The position numbers and the translations under genes were made by a program. The notes under the pieces are model-generated. The model made no database searches, was not told the origin of the DNA, and saw nothing but the letters and a program-made list of their open reading frames with translations. From NCBI GenBank assembly GCA_977020255.1, contig CDROCS010000463.1, forward strand, positions 372,001-436,000: DNA of 64,000 nucleotides, read 5' to 3'. Positions 15,323 through 22,922 of the stretch are shown in pieces (within the stretch, counting starts at the first letter, position 1; the number at the start of each line of letters is the position of its first letter). This DNA is from Obrimoposthia wandeli (Eukaryota).

Positions 15323-16124
15323 ACAATTATTTCTAAAATCACTAAAGATATGAGTACTAAGCCTTCTTTACCTAAATTTAAATTTTCTATAAATTCAAAT
15401 TGTTGTAATGGACAAGATTGGGTTCAATCCAAAAGAACCAATTGGCTACATAGGAGTTTTAAAATTGGTTAAAAGAACAAAACATAATTACGAGAAAACG
15501 GAGAAATGGCTGAGCGATCAGTTAGACTACAGTCTGAACAACTGAATTCCATCATGCCAAATAAGGAAATCGTATTAGTTTACCTGCTATGTTTCAGACA
15601 CTTAAACGGCCACAGGTAGGTAAATGAAGTATTATTTTTCAATTTTACACTCAATAACTGATAATAAGTTTCAAAATACTGCAGACACCGTCCAATTTCG
15701 TGAAAGAAACTTTAAAGTGAGTTAAACAGACAAGTTAACCGGTTAGAACAGACCAAGCTACACAAGATCGAGTAATAAAAATGCCCAAATCATTGAAGAG
15801 ATGCTAAAGCAACAAAAGACTATCAAGATAAACAAGTCAGAAAATTCTTATAAATGTATAACAGAACTTTGTTGTTAACTTTTGTAATATTTTTTAGATA
15901 TATTAATATGAGTTATTTCATCCTGAACAAATTTCAGTCATATAAAAGTCAGCAATTGTTGTATTAAATAAAGAGGTGGTCTGAAATTCAAATTCGTCAG
16001 ATTGTTCAGTCAATAGGACCTTCTGAAACAAGGAAATACAGCTGATTTAGAAGTCGATAATTGTGACAGATGGAAGTGATGAGATACAGCGAAGTTATTA
16101 TAAAATGACCGTCACAAAGGGTCG

Positions 16125-16294
16125 TCACACAAAAACCTTGACAACGGCATCAGCACCAGCAGTAGCAAAGTAGGGCAGACTGGGGTGTACAATTATAGCG
16201 TGGATGGCCTCATCAAACTTCTTGCGGTGAGTTGTCGTTTCTTGGATACATGCCTGTGAGGTGAGATCCCACACACGCACTGAGCAGTCGTGAC
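16125..16294 (-). CDS. STRN: Striatin exon 9 (last; terminal WD40 repeats)
   Basis: SHDCSVRVWDL...HRKKFDEAIH...AGADAVVKVFV* is the striatin C-terminus. AG acceptor at 16295-16296. Confidence 0.95.
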
Positions 16295-16839
16295 CTATTT
16301 TGCGGGAGAAATGTATGTCAATAGCGTATTCATCGTGTGTCATAAGAAGGGCAACCTATTTTCTGCAAAAAAATAATCAACATTTCTGCAACGAATTTTT
16401 GTATTTGCTGCAGTTTACAACATTCTACATTAATTAAAATAGTTTAAAACTTCTATCATCTCCCAACATTGTTTTTAACTATCTACATATGTACAGCAGA
16501 GTTGGCAATATAACATATTATTTGACGATATACTAAATTCATGTTTATACAAGAAAAATACTTTTTTGATAGAACCTTGATTAGAAGAATTTAATTTTTA
16601 AATAAACATTTGAATATTATGTTCTTTCTAAATATTGAAATTTTTTACAGTTTTTTCCTTCTTTGTTTGTATTTATTTACTACCACATAAAACATAATAC
16701 TTAATTATAAAAATATTAAACGTAAACTTGAGAAAAGTAATTCAAAACAATTTAATACATGTTAATGTTTCAAAATGCATAGCGAACAAATATTTTGAAA
16801 TTCTGCAAATTTTCTGATTTTTACCCTAGTAATAAAGTT

Positions 16840-17664
16840 AGTAGGTAGATGTAGCACTTCTGGAACAAAGCCCCCCCTCCTGAGGACAAGTTCAGGTCAA
16901 GTTGAGGACAAAAAATCTAGGTCAAGTTAAGGTCACGGTGAGGACACGATGTAGGTCATGACCTCATAAGGTCATGGGGAAAATCTAGGTCATGACCTCA
17001 TGAGGTCATGACCCCCCACTATGCTCAGGAAAAAATGCCTTTGTCCTGAAAGACACACATACAGTAGTGAGATGTGTGTCTTTCAGGACAAAGACATTTT
17101 GAGCATACCCACCCCCTTGAGCACAGTTTAAGGTCACGATGAGGACAAGATGTAGGTCATGACGTCATGAGAACAATGTACTTTAAGGTCAACTTAAGGT
17201 CATGACGTCATGAGGACAATGTACTTTAAGGTTACGGTGAGGTCAAAAAGATGACTCATCGATGACTCATATTCTATTTTTAGTAACATACTTTAAATCT
17301 ATATATCTTTTTATCTAACGGTGGTATTAACACGCCGTCTTCACCAAAAGACATCTCGTGTGTGTGTGTTTAAGCTTATATAATTTATTTAAATTAAATT
17401 ATCTACTTATAAAATAAAGTATTATAAATTTGATAAATATGTTTAAACTAAATTAAATTAAACTATCTACTTATAAAATAAAGTAGTATATAATTTGATA
17501 ATAATGTTTAGACGTTCGTGTATCTATCTAACAAAGACAGTCACGTACTGCATCTATCTTGCAAATACTTGCATCTTTATGTAATCAATAGTAACAAGTC
17601 ATGTACGACATTTATTATTATACATGTATATATGTGTGTGAGTGTCTAACAAAGACAGTCACGT
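16840..17664 (+). repeat. Left terminal inverted repeat
   Basis: Reverse complement of 21785-22702 apart from tandem-unit copy number and scattered substitutions. Confidence 0.95.
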
Positions 17665-18046
17665 ACTGCATCTATATTGCAATGTAATTACATACTCTTT
17701 GGAGGTTTTACTAAAAAGTTTAGTTTTTTACCAAGATAGGCACTAGGATCCTTTTCAAATGCTTTTACAACTTTATCTAATTTTACAAAAATATCAAGCA
17801 TACCATCCCCTTTTGTATACCATCTCCTTTTTGAAATCCATTCCCATTTTGTATACCTCTAATATAATCCACATTCTTTTTGTGCTTTATAGCTTTTTTA
17901 TCAACTTCACCAAACCATCTACCTAAAAGATTTGCTGCCATCATATGAATACCCAAACCTTCCATGATTTTCTTTTTACTCATAGTCTTTTTAACCTTAG
18001 TCTTTTTCGACTTTAATGATTTAGTAGGTTTTTTAGTCATTTTCAT
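17659..18046 (-). pseudogene. Lys-rich core-protein-like ORF with repeated xxGxG motifs (one frameshift)
   Basis: MKMTKKPTKSLKSKK...MEGLGI...QNGNGF.QKGDGI.QKG(D)GM. The frameshift is near 17810 and the restored frame continues LDIFVKLDKVVKAFEKDP. Confidence 0.55.
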
Positions 18047-18113
18047 AATAAATATTATTATTAAAGTATCACTATTGTTTATATATAAAATAAAATAAAG
18101 ACACAAAAATTTA

Positions 18114-18452
18114 TTAGTCAACTGTAACAGCATCAATTATTTTCCATATCGGAGTTTCCAATCCACTGGGTCCGATCTTGCATCCTTGAATTCTGATTGA
18201 GAGAATCCATTCTAGCTTAAGAGGAGGTACTTCGTATATTGTTCCATTCTCATGCTTGAAAGTGGCATTTGATCCTTTGAGTACGAATTTGTTATCCTGA
18301 AGCGCATAGTTGATTCCGAATTGAGTCAAGAGAATATTGATTCTCTCTTTATCCACAGAAGTCAAATTTGATATTTCAAAATCAAATTTAAGCGGCTCGA
18401 TGTTGACGGGAAAAATAAAATTATAGTTATGAGCCTTCTTCAAAAAGTGCAT
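18114..18452 (-). CDS. Hypothetical protein of the Polinton-like element (112 aa)
   Basis: Open ORF with a recognisable homologue in the relic (14166-14400 plus 12440-12494). No family recognised. Confidence 0.55.
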   Translation of the reverse strand: MHFLKKAHNYNFIFPVNIEPLKFDFEISNLTSVDKERINILLTQFGINYALQDNKFVLKGSNATFKHENGTIYEVPPLKLEWILSIRIQGCKIGPSGLETPIWKIIDAVTVD

Positions 18453-18572
18453 CTCATATAATATGTATGCATAGGTTGATATAGCTTTTCAAAATTCATA
18501 TTGACAATTATAAATTGAAATATTCAATTGTTTATCCTCTAAAGCTCGATTCTAATTGGTCAATATTCTTGT

Positions 18573-18701
18573 TTATGAAAATCGTTTAGTATTAGTCATA
18601 TCCTTAAAGGGTTTACGTTCTTCGGTTACGCGCGTAGGACTTGTTATTGTTTGACTTGATGGATTAATATTTTCTCTCTGATTATTTCTATTATAATTCA
18701 T
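18573..18701 (-). CDS. 42-aa micropeptide with a D-box-like motif (RKPFKDMTN)
   Basis: ATG-to-stop ORF. The homologue in the relic (about 14518-14620) reads EEREPFRDLTNTKRVS, so the motif is conserved at protein level. Confidence 0.45.
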   Translation of the reverse strand: MNYNRNNQRENINPSSQTITSPTRVTEERKPFKDMTNTKRFS

Positions 18702-18933
18702 ATAAATTACTACCGGAACCTATAAATGTACTAGCTTTACTTTGATTATTTTGATTATTTTGATTATTTTGATTATTCATTTTCAATAAAATCATTATCA
18801 AAATATTGTTTATACTGCTTTATTCTTAAGACAAAGACATCACATGACATTTCTTGTAAAAACCAAGAATGTGGTCTAAAAATAGATTTTCACTTACTAT
18901 ATAAGCTAGATAATTTCATCATTCAATGTTGTT

Positions 18934-19921
18934 ATGACTACTAAATTTATTGCATATTATGTTTCAGAAAACGGAGAACTCACCATTAGACGACGGCGTT
19001 TTGACAAGATTTCAAGAAGAAAGGAAGATATGATATATGAGCGACATAGATTAGATACATACAAGCAAAGTTTACTGGTTTAGCAGATAAGAGAGCTTTA
19101 GCAAAAAGAGGATTTTACAAGCACGATGATTCGAAAGATAATGTAAAGTGTATTTACTGTCTGGGAGCAATATCGGAATGGGAGTACTATCTGAATCCAA
19201 TGAAGCGGCATCAGTTATTTTTCCCAAGATGTCAGTTTGTTTAGAAAATGAACGTTTCAAACGTACCAATAATTGATTACAGCACCAAACAAATTGATTT
19301 TGATTCAACTCCAATGGATAAAGTAGTTATTGTACGCAATAATTATTCTAATGATATTGAAATACCTACATTATCGATTTTCGATCATGTATATATTTGG
19401 AATGATTCTTATCGATGTTGTTTCTGTCAGAAAGCAGTACCCCGACTTGAGTTTATTGATACTATGCCTGAAAGAATCTTTCATACTCGAGATTGTAAAG
19501 CATCTAGTATGGGAATCAAGAACGGATGTATTGTGGAATATCATATTAGTAATGATGAAATTGATGCTCAGATGGAAACTCGTCAAATAGTTTTGCTGAA
19601 ACGGGATTATAGTCATGATAGAATCAAAGCCGTTTTAGTTAATAGATTTAAAACATTCGGTAACAAATATGATTCTATATATGAGTTTATAACGGATTTA
19701 AGGTCTTTAGAAATAAAATCTGAACTAAAACATCGTATAAATTATCTCGAGTACCTCTTACCAAATCCCGAATGTGTTGTTTGCATGAGCGATGCGATTT
19801 CCGTGGCATTTTTACCATGCGGTCACTTAAACACGTGTATTAAATGTTCAGATCGTTTTATTACATGTCCATATTGACAATTATCATTAGAAGAGTAAGA
19901 AATATTAGATTTCATAGCATA
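18934..19921 (+). pseudogene. Inhibitor-of-apoptosis (BIR plus C-terminal RING) gene, disrupted
   Basis: BIR: RLDTY../..LAKRGFY..DNVKCIYC..ISEWE..PMKRHQLFFPRC. RING: CVVCMSDAISVAFLPCGHLNTCIKCS..TCPY. One frameshift near 19068, an in-frame TAG at 19242 and stops at the RING end. Confidence 0.9.
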
Positions 19922-20002
19922 GGCAATTAAACAAAGACATGCAATCTAAAAATAGATGTTCAAATAGTATAAATATAAGAAATCAGTTTATAATAATCAG
20001 AA

Positions 20003-20538
20003 ATGCTACTTCACAATATCAAATTAGTGAATATTAATTACAAGGGAATAGTTGTAAGTAACATTCAACACTTACCATTTCGGACTTCGAAGCCTCATCA
20101 GTATCGACTCAAGTGTGAAGGTTACACTATTATCATTTTCAAATCTGGTAATTTATTTTTACATTTATATATAATTATAATTTAGGGACATGCAGAATAA
20201 TGGGTTGCAAAACAGTGCTGGATGAAAACAGTCTTCCTTTTGATATAAAAATCGAAAGAATCCAATCAATCAGTCTCAGTAGCAATCTAGAAACATCAAT
20301 AAACCTGAACAAGATGAGTAAGAGTATGGGATCGGAAGCTGTTTACGAGCCAGAAATCTTCCCGGGACTTCGATACATCAAATACAATCCACTATGCGTG
20401 AACATTTTTGCTAGCGGGAAGATTATGATACTCGGTGTTAAATCTTTAAACTATGAGTATCTGATTGAATGTATTTTGTTTAATATAGATCTTCACACTT
20501 GTGTTATTTATTTCCTAAACCAAATAGTCGTGGTCTAA
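20003..20538 (+). CDS. TBP-like protein, 165 aa; exons 20003-20147 and 20186-20538, 38-bp GT-AG intron
   Basis: Splicing gives IIIFKSGTCRIMGCK (TBP repeat 1). Exon 2 has YEPEIFPGLRY...NIFASGKIMILGVK (TBP repeat 2). The frame is preserved across the intron. Confidence 0.88.
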
Positions 20539-20700
20539 AAATAGATTTATCTTAGAGACAAAGACATCACATGTCATTACTTGCAAATAGTTGCAAATAG
20601 TTGTAATGTGGTCTAAAAATAGATTTATCTTAGAGACATAACATGTCATTACATGCAAATAGTTGCAAATAGTTGTAATGTGGTCTAAAAATAGATTTTT
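20528..20700. repeat. ~75-bp tandem repeat (about 2.3 units) containing TCTAAAAATAGA
   Basis: GTGGTCTAAAAATAGATTT occurs three times, with CTAAAAATAG at 20535, 20613 and 20685. Confidence 0.9.
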
Positions 20701-20739
20701 CATGGGTTATAAACAATATTTGATTTGCTTTATCATAAA

Positions 20740-20983
20740 ATGGATGAAATTATTGAATGTAAAGAGGTTCAGTATGCATTAAAAGATCTTGCTTCAGTTA
20801 TTCTTAATGCTTTAATTAGGAAAAATAATCATGAGTAATATTTATTTGTAGTTTATTTAACTCTTTAGGTTACGTCATCAACTACATTTACATGAGATGT
20901 TAAGTACAATGGAAAGGTTGAATAATACTCCAATCAAATCATATGATGAAACTGATGCTCCAATGAAATCAAACCTCGTTTAG
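20740..20983 (+). CDS. Putative 69-aa spliced ORF; exons 20740-20834 and 20869-20983, 34-bp GT-AG intron
   Basis: GTAATA...CTCTTTAG intron. Removing it joins two short frames into one ATG-to-stop ORF. No family recognised. Confidence 0.4.
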
Positions 20984-21016
20984 TATATAAGAGTAAATTG
21001 ACTCAGATTTGATAAA

Positions 21017-21679
21017 ATGGAGAAAATCAATTCAGCACCAGCAGCAACATCATCGCCAACAACATCATCACTGGCAGCAACATCATCGCCAGCAACAACA
21101 TCATCGCCAGCAACATCATCACTGGCAGCAACACTATCAGCAGCAACATCAGCAACAACAACAACATTTATGAGAAGAGAAGAAACTATTGATGAAGTGA
21201 TGATAGAAGAAGTTATTATAGATCCGATTATTGAAGATAAGAGACGATTAGATTTTTTAAATGCTTTGGCTTTTATGGAACCCATTATAGCTCATGCTGG
21301 TCGTATGGAAATGAACCATATGACCCATCTTTTTGATAGTTTGTTTAGTGCTAGATTTACTCAACTTAATGTAGAAAAGTTAAACAAAACAAAAATGAGT
21401 GAGATTTTAGTAAATCAATTATATATTGGTAATTATCGAGATGGGTTTGATGAAACTACACTTTTGAACTCTAATTTCACTCATGTAATCAATACATCTA
21501 TACTGGATAAGATATCTTATAAGAAATTAAAATATACTTCTGTCTTTGTAAACTCAAAATTAGGAGAAACAATAATGAGATATTATAAACAGACTAATAA
21601 TATAATTAAAGAAACTATCGAAAATGGTGGTAAGATTTTAGTATGTGGTCATTATAGTAGGTGGATGTGTCCGGTCTAA
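21017..21679 (+). CDS. Dual-specificity-phosphatase-fold protein with an Ala/Thr/Ser-rich N-terminus; probably catalytically dead and C-terminally truncated
   Basis: MSEILVNQLYIGNY..THVIN..YYKQTNNIIKETIENGGKILV follows the DUSP pattern. The P-loop reads VCGHY instead of VHCxxG. Confidence 0.78.
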   Translation: MEKINSAPAATSSPTTSSLAATSSPATTSSPATSSLAATLSAATSATTTTFMRREETIDEVMIEEVIIDPIIEDKRRLDFLNALAFMEPIIAHAGRMEMNHMTHLFDSLFSARFTQLNVEKLNKTKMSEILVNQLYIGNYRDGFDETTLLNSNFTHVINTSILDKISYKKLKYTSVFVNSKLGETIMRYYKQTNNIIKETIENGGKILVCGHYSRWMCPV

Positions 21680-21784
21680 TCCACACACCCCCTTGTCCTT
21701 TAAAACCGTGCATGTGTGTGGAGTGAAATTTCGTGTAGGTGTGTGGAGTGAAATTTCAGTATTGATACTGTCTTTGTTAGACAC

Positions 21785-22702
21785 ACGTGACTGTCTTTGT
21801 TAGACACTCACACACATATATACATGTATAAGAATAAATGTAGTACATGACTTGTTACTATTGATTACATAAAGATGCAAGTATTTGCAAGATAGATGCA
21901 GTACGTGACTGTCTTTGTTAGATAGTTACATGAACGTCTAAACATGATTATCAAATTATATAATACTTTATTTTATAAGTAGATAGTTTAAGTTAATTTA
22001 AACATATTTATCAAATTATATAATACTTTATTTTATAAGTAGATAATTTAAATAATTTATATAAGCTTAAACACACACACACGAGATGTCTTTTGGTGAA
22101 GACGGCGTGTTAATACCACCTTTAGATAAAAAGATATATAGATTTAAAGTATGTTACTAAAAATAAAATCTTTTTGACCTCACCGTAACCTTAAAGTACA
22201 TTGTCCTCATGACGTCATGACCTTAACTTGACCTTAAAGTACATTGTCCTCATGACGTCATGTCCTTAACTTGACCTAAAAGTACATTTTCCTCATGACG
22301 TCATGACCTTAAGTTGACCTTGAAGTACATTGTCCTCATGAGGTCATGACCTACATCTTGTCCTCACCATGACCTTAAGTTGACCTCATGAGGTCATGTC
22401 TTCATCGTGACCTTAAACTGTGCTCAAGGGGGGGGTATGCTCAAAATGTCTTTGTCCTGAAAGACACACATCCCACTACTGTATGTGTGTCTTTCAGAAC
22501 AAAGACATTTTTCCTGAGCATAGGGGGGGGTCATGACCTCATGAGGTCATGACCTAGATTTTCCCCATGACCTTATGAGGTCATGACCTACATCGTGTCC
22601 TCACCGTGACCTTAACTTGACCTAGATTTTTTGTCCTCAACTTGACCTGAACTTGTCCTCAGGAGGGGGGGCTTTGTTCCAGAAGTGCTACATCTACATA
22701 CT
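21785..22702 (-). repeat. Right terminal inverted repeat
   Basis: Mirror of 16840-17664 with extra copies of the CATGACGTCATGACCTTAACTTGACCTTAAAGTACATTGTCCT unit. Confidence 0.95.
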
Positions 22703-22922
22703 AAGGTTAATTCTAAGGTTAAGATTTAAAGTTATAGTTATAAATTAAAGAAAACTTTGATAACATTAGATTAAGAAAACGTAAATAAGTAATAGAATGA
22801 ATTATGAAAATTTGAATGAAAGAGTTTTTGTTGCATTGCAAGTTATTTTTCTAAATTATTTTGCATGTAATGTAAATAAAGGATCAACCTTATTGTGTAC
22901 GTTATATAGATAAATATTTTTT

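Larger units (their letters stand above)
11381..15330. mobile_element. Degenerate Polinton/Maverick (adintovirus-like) relic related to the 16840-22702 element
   Basis: Starts AGTAG and shares TCTTTCAGGACAAA with the TIR of the other element. 12130-12490 and 14166-14700 are homologous to 17740-18700. Carries a decayed Polinton-type small basic ORF. Right end not found. Confidence 0.7.
16840..22702. mobile_element. Non-autonomous Polinton/Maverick-like element, 5.86 kb, with long TIRs and cargo genes
   Basis: Termini AGTAGGTAGATGTAG / CTACATCTACATACT. TIRs about 825 and 918 bp. Flanks AAAGTT (16834-16839) and AAGGTT (22703-22708) form a 6-bp TSD with one mismatch. Confidence 0.85.

Noticed and set aside
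20515-21285. Minus-strand ORFs 20515-20703 and 20980-21285
   Set aside because: They derive from the promoter tandem repeat and from the antisense of the DUSP low-complexity repeat.
16840-22702. Autonomous Polinton or complete endogenous virus
   Set aside because: No pPolB, integrase, packaging ATPase, protease or capsid ORF is visible, and there is no room for them.
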